Assembly: GCA_041752695.1 (NCBI GenBank)
Contig: JBGSVZ010000043.1
Coordinates: 1 to 64,000, forward strand
Direction: 5' to 3'
DNA from: Terrimicrobiaceae bacterium
GTDB lineage: Bacteria > Verrucomicrobiota > Verrucomicrobiia > Chthoniobacterales > Terrimicrobiaceae
DNA length: 64,000 nucleotides
The notes under the pieces were generated by a model. That model saw only the letters and a program-made list of their open reading frames with translations. It did no database searches and had not been told where the DNA came from. Every line of letters begins with the position of its first letter. The first letter of the stretch is position 1. The position numbers and the translations under genes are program-made. Of the stretch, positions 46,851 to 57,858 are shown piece after piece.

Positions 46851-49051
46851 AATCCTCCCCTCGTCCGATGAGAAATGCGCAAGGCGGGACGGGCTGGCTT
46901 CGAAAACTTAGGGTCTTTTTCGCTTTCGGCAGTTTGGTGTTCGGACTGGGCGCTCTTCGGGCCGCCGAGGTTTCGGGATTCCTGGGTTGGATCCCCGTGC
47001 AGTATGCCCCGGCCGGATCCACTTTGACTCTGGATATGCACCGCTTTTTTCACCCGGCGGCGGGTGAGACCTTGCGGGTCTTCCCGGCACTCGGTGACGA
47101 GTATCAAGTGAGTTTTGACGCCGACCGGTTTGAGGTGAAGGTGACGGTCGGGTCGAAGACCAAGGGCCTTTTAGACATCCCTCTTGCGGTGGGGTCAGGC
47201 CAGGAATTGTCCGGTCGTACGGGAGTCCTGACCATCGCGGTGGAGGCACCGGGCGCTCCGGCGGGGTCCGACATTCCGTCAGTTTACGCGGCCACACAAA
47301 CTTCCGAAGAGTTGACCTTTCAAATCATTCCGGCCGCCGGGATTGCCATCAGCGGGCTCTCTGCGGTGCTCGAAGTGCCAGACGGTTCCAGTCGCACCGT
47401 GCCGTTCAAGCGCGACTCTAATATGGTGAGAGTTTCCACGGGGAGTGCTCCCGATGGTTCGTGGGTTCGCCTGGCCGTGTCCGACGAACGGGGCCGCGTC
47501 AGTCGTGCGATTCGGGCTCAGGTCCGGCCGAAGAAGGAGTTTCAGTGGCAGGATGGGATCATCTATTACGCGTTTACCGACCGGTTTGCGAACGGGAGCC
47601 CCGCCAATGATCGAGCCGTGGAGGACGCCGCTGTCCTGCCGCAGGCTAATTACTTTGGGGGTGATTTTTCTGGCATTCAAAAAAGGATCGAAGACGGCTA
47701 TTTTCAAAAGCTCGGGGTCAACGTTCTCTGGCTCGCGCCGCTCAATCGTAACCCGGATGGGGCGTGGACAGAATATCTTCCGCCTTATCGTTCCTACACG
47801 GGATATCACGGCTATTGGCCGGTTTCGCATACCGAAGTCGAACCTCGTTTCGGTGGGAATCAGGGGCTGAAAGATTTGGTTGGCACCGCCCAGAAGAGCG
47901 GCATCAAAATTATCGCCGATCTAGTGCTGAAACACGTCCATGTGGAACATCCTCTGTGGAAAGAACAGCCGGAATGGTTCGGCAGTCTGACCCTTCCGGA
48001 TGGGAAGAAAAACCTTCGTTTATGGGATGAGCAACAGTTCACGACCTGGTTCGAGGAGTGGCTGCCTGGGTTCGATTTTGACAAGCCCGAACCAGTCGCA
48101 TTTCTCCTCGGGAATGCCCGGTATTGGATTGAGGAATTCGGACTTGATGGATACCGGCTCGACGCGGTGAAGCATATCAAATATTCGTTCTGGCCGAAGT
48201 TCCGTACGACGATGCGCGAGTTGCAGGAACGGGACGCTCTGGCCCCGATGTACTTTGTGGGGGAGACCTTCATGGACCGTCCGGGGATCATGTCGTTTGT
48301 CGGACCGAATATGCTCGACGGGCAGTTTGATTTCCCGCTTTACGACACCCTCATGGAGGTCTTTGCCAAAGGCACGCAGGGTTTTGCGGCACTCGAAAAA
48401 TCGCTCTCCGAGTCCGAGACCATCTACGGCAAGGAAACCCTCATGTCACCGCTCATTGGGAACCACGACAAGTCCCGCTTCATGGCTTTCGCCGATGGGG
48501 ATCTTCCCAAATCCGAAAAGGACGATGAGGAGGAAATTGGCTGGGCCGATCCTCCCCGGGTGGACAAGCCGGTTTCCTACGAAAAGCTCAAACTCGCCCT
48601 GGGATTTATTCTCAGCATCGATGGCGTGCCGATGATCTATTACGGCGACGAAGTCGGGCTCACCGGGGCGGGTGATCCAGACAATCGAAGGATGATGCCT
48701 GCCGAATCCGAGCTCGCGGCCGAGCAACGCCGGGTGCGCGAGTATTTGGGAAAAGTTGCCGCCCTGCGTTCCGCTCACCCCGCCCTCCGCTACGGAAACC
48801 GCCGACTCCTTGTCGCTGATGACACCCGCTATGCGTTTGTGCGGCGTCACTTTGAGGACCAGGTGCTGGCCGTCTGGAACAAAGGAAGTGGCGAAGCCCG
48901 TTTTGAGATTTTCGTCGGCCCGGAACTTCCTGATGGTCGCTACACCGACGCTCTTAGCGGGTTATCCATCGCCGTTGAGGAGGGACGCACGGAGTTCACT
49001 CTAGGTTCGATGGAGTCCGCTTTCTTTACTGCCGAGCGACCCAAACCCTGA
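46847..49051 (+). CDS. Exported GH13 alpha-amylase-family protein
   Basis: YYAFTDRF, GGDFSG, YHGYW, DGYRLDAVKH, VGET, GNHD and GVPMIYYGDE motifs. Confidence 0.9.
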   Translation: MKSSPRPMRNAQGGTGWLRKLRVFFAFGSLVFGLGALRAAEVSGFLGWIPVQYAPAGSTLTLDMHRFFHPAAGETLRVFPALGDEYQVSFDADRFEVKVTVGSKTKGLLDIPLAVGSGQELSGRTGVLTIAVEAPGAPAGSDIPSVYAATQTSEELTFQIIPAAGIAISGLSAVLEVPDGSSRTVPFKRDSNMVRVSTGSAPDGSWVRLAVSDERGRVSRAIRAQVRPKKEFQWQDGIIYYAFTDRFANGSPANDRAVEDAAVLPQANYFGGDFSGIQKRIEDGYFQKLGVNVLWLAPLNRNPDGAWTEYLPPYRSYTGYHGYWPVSHTEVEPRFGGNQGLKDLVGTAQKSGIKIIADLVLKHVHVEHPLWKEQPEWFGSLTLPDGKKNLRLWDEQQFTTWFEEWLPGFDFDKPEPVAFLLGNARYWIEEFGLDGYRLDAVKHIKYSFWPKFRTTMRELQERDALAPMYFVGETFMDRPGIMSFVGPNMLDGQFDFPLYDTLMEVFAKGTQGFAALEKSLSESETIYGKETLMSPLIGNHDKSRFMAFADGDLPKSEKDDEEEIGWADPPRVDKPVSYEKLKLALGFILSIDGVPMIYYGDEVGLTGAGDPDNRRMMPAESELAAEQRRVREYLGKVAALRSAHPALRYGNRRLLVADDTRYAFVRRHFEDQVLAVWNKGSGEARFEIFVGPELPDGRYTDALSGLSIAVEEGRTEFTLGSMESAFFTAERPKP

Positions 49052-49073
49052 GCGTGGGCTATCGGAAGGCGGT

Positions 49074-52000
49074 CTACATCCAGCGGGCGAGGGCCGCGGC
49101 GAGATCGTCGACCTGGAGGGGTTTGGAAAGGTAGTCGTCCATCCCCGCCGCGAGGCATTTTTCGCGGTCGTCGGGCATGACGTTGGCGGTGAAAGCAATG
49201 ATGGGCGTGCGTATGGTTTCGCTTTCGCGAATGCGACGGGTGGCTTCGAGTCCGTCCATCGTTGGCATCTGGACATCCATGATGATGGCGGCAAAGCGTT
49301 TTTCGTGACAGAGTTGGACGGCTTTGGCCCCGCCCTCGGCTGCTTCGACCTCGAGGCCAAGTTTGGCCATTTGGAGGAGGCAGAGCCGGCGATTGACCGC
49401 GTCGTCGTCTACCACGAGGACGCGCCGGCCGGCGAAGCGACTGAGGTCGGTGGTGCGGCGGGGGAGAAAGTCCAAAGCCTGCAGGACGCGGCCTTCGCCC
49501 ACGACAACGGTGACGGTGAAGATACTGCCCTTTCCGGGCGAGCTTGTGACGGTGATGTCGCCGCCCATCAGGCGGGCGAGACGTTGGGAAATGGGGAGGC
49601 CAAGGCCGGTGCCCCCGTGTTTGCGAGACGCCGAGAGGTCGGTCTGGTAAAATGGTTCGAAGACCCGCTGGAGCGAGTCGCGCGGTATGCCGAGGCCGGT
49701 GTCGGTGATGATGAGGTGGAGTGTCCAACGGCCGTCGGGCGCTGGGGTCGCGGAGGCATCGAGCCAGACCCGTCCAAGGGAGGTGAACTTGACTGCGTTG
49801 CCCAGGAGGTTTGTCAGGATCTGGCCGAGGCGGGTGCGGTCGGTTTCGATGGCCTCGGGTACGCCCGGGGCGATCTCCCATCCATATTCGAGCCGCTTCT
49901 CGTTGGCCCGGGGCCGGAGGAGGATGGTAATTTCTTGAAGAAAGTTGCGGAGGGAGAAGGAAGAGTTTTTTAACTCGATTTGTCCGCTTTCGACTTTAGA
50001 GAGGTCGAGGATGTCATTGATGAGGTGGAGCAGGTTATTGCCGCTGGCTTCGATGGTCTCGACATAATCCCGTTGCTGAGGGGTGAGGGCGCCTTCTTTG
50101 AGGAGAGCGGTGAAGCCGAGTACTCCATTCATGGGGGTGCGAATCTCGTGGCTCATCATAGCGAGTAATTCGCTCTTGGCGCGGTCGGCCGCGAGGGCGG
50201 ATTCAACCGCGCGTTTCTGGGGGGTGACGTCAATCTCGATACCCACCACGCGGATGGGTTTCCCTTTTTCATCCCGGATGATCACGGCACTGGTCTGGGT
50301 GTGTCTCTGGTCGCCATCGGGAAGAATGAGACGGCATTCCACTTCGTACGATGTGGCGTCGGAGGCCAGGCAGCGTCGGAATTCTTCGCGAATGCGCTGT
50401 CGGTCATCGGGGTGAACGAGGTCGAGGGAGCTGCTGGTGTTGGGATCGAAAGTGGCGGGGTCCACCTTTTTCAAGCGGTACATCACGGCATTCCAGACGA
50501 TCTTCTTTGCGGGCACGTCGAAGTCCCAAGTGCCAACGCCGCCTGCGTGGGTGGCGAGTTGAAGGCGTTGTTCGTTGAGGCGGATGCGTTCTTCGCGTTC
50601 CCTTTCCTCAGTGATGTCGCGCACGGTGCCGAGCATGATGACGGAACGGGTGTCTTTTTCGTCGTGGAGAATAATGGCATCCTCATGGACGAGGCGAATG
50701 CTACCATCGGGCCGGATGATGCGGTGGTCGATGGAGTAGCGGGCGCGCTGGGTAATGGCGTGATCCATGGCCGAGCGAACATTTTCGCGGTCGTCGGGAT
50801 GGACGCACTGGAAGAAAAATTCGTTGGTCAGGGTGACCGTGCCGGGTTCGAAACCGAAGACCCGGTAGCATTCGTCGCTCCAGCTCTGGGTTTTCCGTTC
50901 GACCCCGCGAATGTCGGCGAGTTCCAGCTCCCAACTGCCCATGCCGGAGACGGTTTGGGCGGCTTTGAGGCCGGCTTCGCTTTTGCGGAGGGATTCCTCG
51001 GCTTTTTTCCGCCACGTGACATCGGTGATGAAGCCATTCCAGAGGGTCGAGCCATCTGGGAGACGCTGGACGTGCGAGATGGCGAAAAGCCACCGTTCGC
51101 CGGTTTTGGGGAGAAGGACGCGGAATTCTTCGCGCAACTCTCCCGGATTCCAGGCCGCAGAGCCCATAGCGCGGAGGAGGCGTTTGCGGTCGCGGGGGTG
51201 AATGCGGGCGAAAGCGGGCCGGGGTGAGGGGATGAGGGCGGCGGGCTCAAGCTCGAAAGTCCAACGGGCGGCGTCGCTGACATAGGTGGTGACAACCTTC
51301 CCGCGGGGGGAAACGCGGGCCTGATAGAGCAGGCCGGGTAGGACGGAGGTGATATTGCGAAAAAATTCCCGGTCCTCGGGCCGCATCAGCCGGGCGCGGG
51401 CTTCCCGGCGGCGGAGCCAGTAGATCACAAGGCCGCCGACGACTGCCATAATGGCGGAAAGGGAGACGGCGACGGCGTAGGCGGAACGCAGGACGGCGAG
51501 GCGCTCGTTGACGCTGCGGGCGCTGATGGACGCCACGATGAAATCGCCCTGCCAGCCAAATGGAGCAATGACGCCGAGGCCTTCTTGGCCGGTTTCGGGT
51601 TTGGTCATTTTTTGCGGCATGCGCCCAAGGATCGCGGCGCCAAGGTCCTTCTGAAGTTCGGGAGAAAGATCCATTGGTCGGCCAACGGTTGACGGGAGAA
51701 AAGGCTCCGGGCGCTGAGGCAGAGTTTCCAAGATAACCTTGCACGTGCCGTCGTCGGCGAAGCGTCCGGAATAGAGATCGTCAAGTGTCCTGTGCACGTC
51801 GCGCAACGACTGGAGGATGTCGAGCGAGCGCAGGTGTTCGGGGGAACCGGTCTGGTTAGGTGAGGAGAGTCGGGCATGCGCCTCGGCGTCGAGCCAGCGG
51901 GCGGCGAGTTTGGCATGGGCACGGAGCTGGTCGTGGAGGGCCTCGATGCGCTCCGAACGGGCAATCCGGAAAAGGGCGGTGTTTGCCAGTACGGAAACGA

Positions 52001-52109
52001 GGAAAAGAATGACCACGCCAACAATGGCATCGCGCACGCAGCGTCCGGACGGCAGGGACAGCACGTTCCCGGAGTCCTCCTCCGCATCGGCTGGCAATTG
52101 GTGTTTCAA
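49074..52109 (-). CDS. Membrane hybrid sensor histidine kinase (PAS domains, HisKA, HATPase, REC)
   Basis: Two TM segments, three IHP/VHPxD PAS motifs, [36 protein letters not shown]. Confidence 0.93.
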   Translation of the reverse strand: MKHQLPADAEEDSGNVLSLPSGRCVRDAIVGVVILFLVSVLANTALFRIARSERIEALHDQLRAHAKLAARWLDAEAHARLSSPNQTGSPEHLRSLDILQSLRDVHRTLDDLYSGRFADDGTCKVILETLPQRPEPFLPSTVGRPMDLSPELQKDLGAAILGRMPQKMTKPETGQEGLGVIAPFGWQGDFIVASISARSVNERLAVLRSAYAVAVSLSAIMAVVGGLVIYWLRRREARARLMRPEDREFFRNITSVLPGLLYQARVSPRGKVVTTYVSDAARWTFELEPAALIPSPRPAFARIHPRDRKRLLRAMGSAAWNPGELREEFRVLLPKTGERWLFAISHVQRLPDGSTLWNGFITDVTWRKKAEESLRKSEAGLKAAQTVSGMGSWELELADIRGVERKTQSWSDECYRVFGFEPGTVTLTNEFFFQCVHPDDRENVRSAMDHAITQRARYSIDHRIIRPDGSIRLVHEDAIILHDEKDTRSVIMLGTVRDITEEREREERIRLNEQRLQLATHAGGVGTWDFDVPAKKIVWNAVMYRLKKVDPATFDPNTSSSLDLVHPDDRQRIREEFRRCLASDATSYEVECRLILPDGDQRHTQTSAVIIRDEKGKPIRVVGIEIDVTPQKRAVESALAADRAKSELLAMMSHEIRTPMNGVLGFTALLKEGALTPQQRDYVETIEASGNNLLHLINDILDLSKVESGQIELKNSSFSLRNFLQEITILLRPRANEKRLEYGWEIAPGVPEAIETDRTRLGQILTNLLGNAVKFTSLGRVWLDASATPAPDGRWTLHLIITDTGLGIPRDSLQRVFEPFYQTDLSASRKHGGTGLGLPISQRLARLMGGDITVTSSPGKGSIFTVTVVVGEGRVLQALDFLPRRTTDLSRFAGRRVLVVDDDAVNRRLCLLQMAKLGLEVEAAEGGAKAVQLCHEKRFAAIIMDVQMPTMDGLEATRRIRESETIRTPIIAFTANVMPDDREKCLAAGMDDYLSKPLQVDDLAAALARWM

Positions 52110-52220
52110 TAGTGGCCCCGTTTTCCCTAGGCGGAAAGCAGCCCGGCGTCGAGCCAGTTTGCAAATGGTTTCGTAGGCGCGAAACCAGGTCGGTGCGGCG
52201 CCGATTGACGAACCGCTGGT

Positions 52221-53120
52221 CTATTTGGCGGAGTTCTTCGGATCGAGAGTATCGCGAAGGGCGTCGCCTAGGAAATTCAGGGCGAGCAGGGTGACGGCCA
52301 TGGCGACGGCGGGAAAGACCACGAGCCACCAGCGGATTTTGATGGGATTGAGCGAACCAGCTCCGTCCGCCAGGAGAGACCCCCAACTGGCCATCGGGGC
52401 CTGCACGCCCAGACCGAGGAAGCTGAGGAACGATTCATCGATGATCACCGCCGGAATGGTGAGGGTGAGGTAAATCAAGATGACACCGGTGAGATTGGGA
52501 AGCAGATGGCGGGTGAGGATGGCGAAATGCGACTGACCGAGCCCGACGGCGGCGGTGACGAAGGCGCGACTTTTCAGCTCGAGGGTCTGGCCACGCACGA
52601 TCCGGGCAAGCGTCAGCCATTCGATGACGCCAAGAGAGAAAATGAGGATGGCAATGCGGGAGGAAGATACGAGCCAATCCCAGCCCATTTCGGAAGCGAA
52701 GCCCTGCAGTTTGGCATTGAAGGCATTGATGCAGATGAGGATGAAAATCAGCCGGGGCACGGAATAAAGAACATCCACGATGCGCATCATGGCGGCATCA
52801 AGCCGTCCGCCCGCGTAACCCGCAACAAGGCCATACGCGGTTCCGATGAAAAGACTCACCAGCGCGCCGCACAGGCCGACGAGGAGGGAGATCTGGCCGC
52901 CGGTCAGGACGCGGTGAAGCACGTCACGGCCATTGAGATCGGTGCCAAAGGGGTGCGCCAGGCTGGGCGGGGCAAACGACAGCGCGCTCGGCTGCGCGTA
53001 GGAAGGCGGCAGGAAAAATGGGCCGGTCAGCGTGACCACCGCAATCGTGGCCACGACGAGAGACGAAAGGACCGCGACGCGATTTTTGCGGAACCTCCGC
53101 CAGGCGCGTCCGTCACCCAT
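52221..53120 (-). CDS. oppC: Oligopeptide/dipeptide ABC transporter permease (OppC-like)
   Basis: HPFGTDLNGRD, ARIVRGQ, ESFLSFLGLG and GDALRD motifs; start MGDGR. Confidence 0.88.
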   Translation of the reverse strand: MGDGRAWRRFRKNRVAVLSSLVVATIAVVTLTGPFFLPPSYAQPSALSFAPPSLAHPFGTDLNGRDVLHRVLTGGQISLLVGLCGALVSLFIGTAYGLVAGYAGGRLDAAMMRIVDVLYSVPRLIFILICINAFNAKLQGFASEMGWDWLVSSSRIAILIFSLGVIEWLTLARIVRGQTLELKSRAFVTAAVGLGQSHFAILTRHLLPNLTGVILIYLTLTIPAVIIDESFLSFLGLGVQAPMASWGSLLADGAGSLNPIKIRWWLVVFPAVAMAVTLLALNFLGDALRDTLDPKNSAK

Positions 53121-54033
53121 CGAGCCGGATCCTCCGGTCGAGCAGGGTGTAGAGCACATCCACCGCGAGGTTGAAAAGAACGAGCAAGGCACAATAGACA
53201 ATGACCACCCCGCCGAGGAGAAACCCGTCGCGGTTGAGGATCGAATTGACAAAAAATCCGCCTGCGCCGGGGATATGGAAAATGGTTTCGACCACGATGG
53301 AACCGGTCAGCAAATGTGCGGCGAGCGGGCCAAGAAACGACACGACCGGGAGGATGGCCACGCGCAGGGCATGACGGTAGAGCACCACGCGTTCCGCCAA
53401 CCCCTTGGCACGGGCCGTGCGGATGTAATCCTGGCCGAGCGTTTCCACCATGCTGCCGCGGAGCAGTCGGGCAATGTAGGCGACATAAGGCGCGGCGAGG
53501 GTGAGGGTGGGCAGAATGAGGGTTTCCGGCGAACCCCAGCCGCCCACCGGCAACCAGCCCAGCCAAAGGCTGAAGACCAGAATCAAAATGGGGCCGACGA
53601 TAAAAGCGGGGAGGGACACGGCCCCCAACGCAAAAAACATTGCGAGGGTGTCCTTCCATGTCCCCTTGCCGGCGGCGGCCGTGACTCCGAGCACGACCCC
53701 ACCGCAGACCGCGAGGGCAAACGCAGAAGCCCCCAGTGCCATGGTGACCGGCAGAGTTTGGATCAGAATTTCGCCGACGGAGCGGTTGAGATATTTGGTG
53801 GAGTCCCTCAGGTCGCCACGAATGAGGTCGGAAACGTAGCCCGTATATTGTTGCCAGAGCGGCCCATCGAGCTCGTATTTCTCGAGAAGTTTTTTCTCGA
53901 TGGCCGGAGGCAGCTTACGCTCGCGATCGAACGGGCCGCCGGGAGAGATCCGGATGAGGAAAAACGTGATTGTGACCACGCAGAACAGCACAACCCCGAG
54001 GGCGACAAGTCGGCGGATGAGAAATGCGATCAC
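53113..54033 (-). CDS. oppB: Oligopeptide/dipeptide ABC transporter permease (OppB-like)
   Basis: PGGPF, DYIRTARAKGL, HALR and VETIF.IPG motifs. Confidence 0.9.
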   Translation of the reverse strand: MIAFLIRRLVALGVVLFCVVTITFFLIRISPGGPFDRERKLPPAIEKKLLEKYELDGPLWQQYTGYVSDLIRGDLRDSTKYLNRSVGEILIQTLPVTMALGASAFALAVCGGVVLGVTAAAGKGTWKDTLAMFFALGAVSLPAFIVGPILILVFSLWLGWLPVGGWGSPETLILPTLTLAAPYVAYIARLLRGSMVETLGQDYIRTARAKGLAERVVLYRHALRVAILPVVSFLGPLAAHLLTGSIVVETIFHIPGAGGFFVNSILNRDGFLLGGVVIVYCALLVLFNLAVDVLYTLLDRRIRLDG

Positions 54034-54114
54034 GCGGAATCCTCTACGGTCTCAACCTCCCGCTGCCAAGCACGGGGTTCGCACAATCCCTGAAGGACGC
54101 ACCTCCAGGAGGGG

Positions 54115-54720
54115 TCAGGCGACCTTAAAATACGGCAGCTTCGCGGAGGTCTCGTGGATGGCAGGGATGCCCTCGAGGAGGTCGGCGATGGCGTCCCATT
54201 TCCCCAGGACCAGTGCCTCCTGCGCGTGGGGCGGCAAGGTGGCTTTGAAGTCCATGTCGGCCGCCGTAACTTTCCCTTCGAGCAGGTCAATCGTGATCAT
54301 GACCGACGGGTCGGCTTCCACCAGTCCGGCGAGGGCGGCGATATCCTGTTGCGACATGACCGCGCAGGGCATGCCCAGGGTGGTCGAATTGCCGAAAAAG
54401 ATCTCCGCAAAGCTTTCCGCCAGGACGGCCCGAAATCCATAGCGGTAGAGCGCCTGCGGGGCGTGTTCGCGCGAGCTGCCGCACCCGAAATTTGAGCCGG
54501 ACATGAGAATGCTCGACCCCAAAAACCGGGGGTCGTTAAGCGGATAGGGCTTGTCGGAACCGTCTTCGTTTTTCCGTTCGTCGTAAAAGGCGTATTCGCC
54601 CAATCCGTCGAATGTGATGCACTTCATGAAGCGCGCCGGAATGATGCGGTCGGTGTCGATATCCTCGCCGGGAATGTAGATTCCCCGGCCGGTCACTTGG
54701 GTGATTTTTTCAAGAGCCAT
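54115..54720 (-). CDS. leuD: 3-isopropylmalate dehydratase small subunit
   Basis: DIDTDRIIPARF, NFGCGSSREHAP and SFAEIFFGN motifs. Confidence 0.96.
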   Translation of the reverse strand: MALEKITQVTGRGIYIPGEDIDTDRIIPARFMKCITFDGLGEYAFYDERKNEDGSDKPYPLNDPRFLGSSILMSGSNFGCGSSREHAPQALYRYGFRAVLAESFAEIFFGNSTTLGMPCAVMSQQDIAALAGLVEADPSVMITIDLLEGKVTAADMDFKATLPPHAQEALVLGKWDAIADLLEGIPAIHETSAKLPYFKVA

Positions 54721-54735
54721 GGTAATAAAATCCGA

Positions 54736-56145
54736 TCAGTTGACGTTAAATACCTCGCGGGCATCGGCGATCTCGCCGGACACCGCCGCGGCGGCGACCA
54801 TGAGGGGGCTCATCAGGACGGTGCGTCCGGTCGGGCTGCCTTGGCGGCCTTTGAAGTTACGGTTGCTGGAACTGGCGCAAAGTTGGTCGCCGATCAGTTT
54901 GTCGGGATTCATGGCGAGGCACATGGAACACCCGGCTCCGCGCCACTCGAATCCAGCTTCGCGGAAAATTTCCGCTAAGCCCATTTTTTCGGCAATCAGA
55001 GAAACGCCCTGCGAACCGGGAACCACGATGGCTTTGACGCCGGGGCTGACCTTGCGGCCTTTCAAAAAGCGGGCCACCTCGGTGAGGTCGCTCAGGCGGC
55101 CGTTCGTGCAACTTCCGAGGAAAGCGACGTCGACCTTGGTGCCCTTGATGGGGGTGCCTGCCTTGAGATGCATGTGGACCAGGGCCTCCTCTGCGGTGGC
55201 GCGGTCTTTCTCCGGGAGTTCGCTCGGAACCGGGACCTGCTCGTCGATAAAGATGGCCTGCCCGGGATTGATTCCCCAGGTGACGGTGGGCGCGATGTCG
55301 GAGGCCTGATAGGTGACGACGTCGTCGTAAAATGCGCCCGGGTCGGACGCGAAGGATTTCCAGCGTTCCACGGCCGCGTCCCATTCGGCGCCGGTCGGGG
55401 AATACGGGCGGCCTTTGAGATAGGCAAACGTGGTTTCGTCGGGATTCACATAGCCCACGCGCGCACCACCTTCGATGGACATATTGCACACGGTCATGCG
55501 CTCCTCCTGCGTAAAGGCGTCAAAGGTCGAGCCTCCGTATTCGTAGGCGTAGCCGATGCCGCCGTTCACCCCCAACTTGCGGATGATGTGCAGAATCACA
55601 TCCTTGGCATAGACGCCGGGCGCGAGTTTGCCCTCGACGTTGATCCGCCGAACCTTGGGCTTGCGGATTGCCATGGTTTGAGTCGCCAGAACGTCGCGGA
55701 CCTGACTGGTGCCAATGCCGAACGCGATGGCCCCAAAGGCCCCGTGGGTCGAAGTGTGAGAATCTCCGCAGGCGATCGTCGTGCCCGGCTGGGTGATGCC
55801 TTGCTCGGGGCCCACGATGTGCACGATGCCCTGTTTCCCGGTCGGGATGTCGAAAAAGGTGATATCGAATTCTTCGCAGTTCTTGCGCAGAGCCTTGATC
55901 ATGTCGTCGGCCAACTGGTCGGAAAAGGGTTCCTCGGATTCATCGGTCGGAACGATATGATCCACCGTTGCGAAGGTGCGCCGGGGGTAGAGGACGTCCA
56001 GCTTGAGGTCGCGCAGCATCCCGAAGGCCTGCGGGCTCGTTACTTCGTGAATGAGATGGGTTCCGATGAGGAGCTGGGTGTTTCCATTCGGCAACTCCCG
56101 CACGGAGTGTGTTTCCCAAACCTTGTCCAACAATGTCTTGCTCAT
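54736..56145 (-). CDS. leuC: 3-isopropylmalate dehydratase large subunit
   Basis: [36 protein letters not shown] and [10 protein letters not shown] motifs. Confidence 0.97.
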   Translation of the reverse strand: MSKTLLDKVWETHSVRELPNGNTQLLIGTHLIHEVTSPQAFGMLRDLKLDVLYPRRTFATVDHIVPTDESEEPFSDQLADDMIKALRKNCEEFDITFFDIPTGKQGIVHIVGPEQGITQPGTTIACGDSHTSTHGAFGAIAFGIGTSQVRDVLATQTMAIRKPKVRRINVEGKLAPGVYAKDVILHIIRKLGVNGGIGYAYEYGGSTFDAFTQEERMTVCNMSIEGGARVGYVNPDETTFAYLKGRPYSPTGAEWDAAVERWKSFASDPGAFYDDVVTYQASDIAPTVTWGINPGQAIFIDEQVPVPSELPEKDRATAEEALVHMHLKAGTPIKGTKVDVAFLGSCTNGRLSDLTEVARFLKGRKVSPGVKAIVVPGSQGVSLIAEKMGLAEIFREAGFEWRGAGCSMCLAMNPDKLIGDQLCASSSNRNFKGRQGSPTGRTVLMSPLMVAAAAVSGEIADAREVFNVN

Positions 56146-56270
56146 GATTTTCTTTGCTCTTTGCGCCTGAAGGCGAACGGAAAAGCATCTCCGCAAATCG
56201 TTCCGGGCGCAAGTTCCTTGTCAACTTCATGACCTTGCGCCACAGTACATAAAACTCCCCGCAAAATCCC

Positions 56271-56855
56271 ATGCCCATCGCGAATCCCGACCATTGGTAT
56301 TTAAAGAAACACGATCACGGGGAAGTTTTTGGCCCTGTTCATTTCGATAAAATCAAGGATTGGGCACGCTCCGCCCAGATCAATCCCCAGGACATGCTAT
56401 CCGAGGACAGCAAGGTCTGGACGAAGGCGCCCATGATTCCGGAGCTGGAAATGGACTGGCTGGTGGTGGTCGGGGACAATTTGCTCTACGGTCCAACCAC
56501 AGCTGGGTCGCTCCTGGAATTTGTCCAACTCGGCGAGATCACCTCCGAGACTGCGCTGGTGAACTGCTGCACCGGGCAAGTTTGGAATCTGAGCGAAACG
56601 CCTTTTTACGAACAGGCGCAATTGGAGCCGAAGGAGGACGTGATTCCCAATAATCCCCTGCTCGCCATGCTTCAGCAGCCGGGTGCGGGAGGGTTGAAGT
56701 CCAACCTTCAAAAACGGGTGCGTGAATTGGAGTCGGCGCTCCTCGACAAGCGCCGCAAGCTGATGACCGCGGAAGAGACCATCACGCGCCTCGAAACGAA
56801 GGTGCACGACCTTGAGCTCAAGGTGCGCGAGTTGACCGGGTTTCACAAAAACTGA
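56271..56855 (+). CDS. Tandem GYF_2 (DUF4339)-like domains plus C-terminal coiled coil
   Basis: W(Y/L)..(F/Y)GP..I..W pattern occurs twice; heptad-rich C-terminus. Confidence 0.6.
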   Translation: MPIANPDHWYLKKHDHGEVFGPVHFDKIKDWARSAQINPQDMLSEDSKVWTKAPMIPELEMDWLVVVGDNLLYGPTTAGSLLEFVQLGEITSETALVNCCTGQVWNLSETPFYEQAQLEPKEDVIPNNPLLAMLQQPGAGGLKSNLQKRVRELESALLDKRRKLMTAEETITRLETKVHDLELKVRELTGFHKN

Positions 56856-56865
56856 CCGGTTGGTT

Positions 56866-57297
56866 TTACCGGAGCTTCCGCAGCCGCGCGTCGAGATCGC
56901 GCCCCGCGGCGTCTATCTCTTCGCGGAGTTGGAGGGCCGACATCGTGTAGCCGCCGAAACTTTCCACGGTCGTGCGTTCCATGATGTCGTCCGTGGCGAC
57001 GGTCACTTCGTATTTGTCTGCATAGGTGGCCACGAGTCGTTCGATGATGCTGTCGGCCGTCTGACCGTCGCGGGAATAAAAGATCTTGATGCCGTGAGGT
57101 TCGCTGGCCTCGGAGTTTTTGCGGCCGGTGCCGTCGAAAACGACAGCCACATTCCAATCGGAGTTGTCCTGCAGACCATTGAGCATCCGGACGAGAGTTT
57201 CACGGGCGACGGCACCGCGTTTGGCGTGTTGCAGGGTGAGATCGGGCCACTGGAAAATCATGCTGTGGCCGTCAACGATGAGCACGCGTGGTTTCAT
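56866..57297 (-). CDS. NYN-domain (YacP/Rae1-like) ribonuclease
   Basis: LIVDGHS, VVFDG, TADSIIE and VATDD acidic motifs. Confidence 0.85.
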   Translation of the reverse strand: MKPRVLIVDGHSMIFQWPDLTLQHAKRGAVARETLVRMLNGLQDNSDWNVAVVFDGTGRKNSEASEPHGIKIFYSRDGQTADSIIERLVATYADKYEVTVATDDIMERTTVESFGGYTMSALQLREEIDAAGRDLDARLRKLR

Positions 57298-57383
57298 GAT
57301 CTTCGGATTTAAATTAAGACGCTCCGCTAGGCTTGTCTAATCGCAAACTTGCAGACTACCCCGGAACGCGCTAAGGTTCCTTC

Positions 57384-57770
57384 GTGACTTCGAATATTCC
57401 ACGCTTCGCTGTGATCCTCCTGGTCATGGTGGCTTGGATGTTTGCTTCGAATCACTGCGCGATCGGCGCGATGATGGCGGCGGCGGATGACCATGCCTGC
57501 TGTCACCAAAGCGAAACCTCTTCAGGCCCGGTCATGGAATGTTGCCACGCGCTGAGCGCACCACTTCCTGCCGCTGTGGTCATTCCGGTGTCCGGGCAAT
57601 TCGTGCTGCTCGCCGCCTGGGAGGAAGTCTTCTTCCTCTCTTGTGCAGTTTTGGAAAATCCCGCAGCGGTTCTCGTGTCCGCCCAGGGTCCGCCCGGTGC
57701 TTTTGCCTTCGCGGAGTTGGTCTTGAATCGGAGCCTGCTGGCGCACGCTCCCCCGGTTGTTGTCGCTTAA
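57384..57770 (+). CDS. Cys/His-rich membrane-targeted leader protein ending in HAPP (DUF2946/CruR-like architecture)
   Basis: Hydrophobic N-terminus; NHC, HACCH, ECCH; QGPP and terminal LLAHAPP; first gene of the copper cluster. Confidence 0.65.
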   Translation: MTSNIPRFAVILLVMVAWMFASNHCAIGAMMAAADDHACCHQSETSSGPVMECCHALSAPLPAAVVIPVSGQFVLLAAWEEVFFLSCAVLENPAAVLVSAQGPPGAFAFAELVLNRSLLAHAPPVVVA

Positions 57771-57858
57771 TTCGCCGCCTCCTGCCACACGGCATGGGGT
57801 TTTCCGCGTTCCAGACAGGTTCTGGCGCGATCTCTGAAAAATTCCCACAACGACAACT

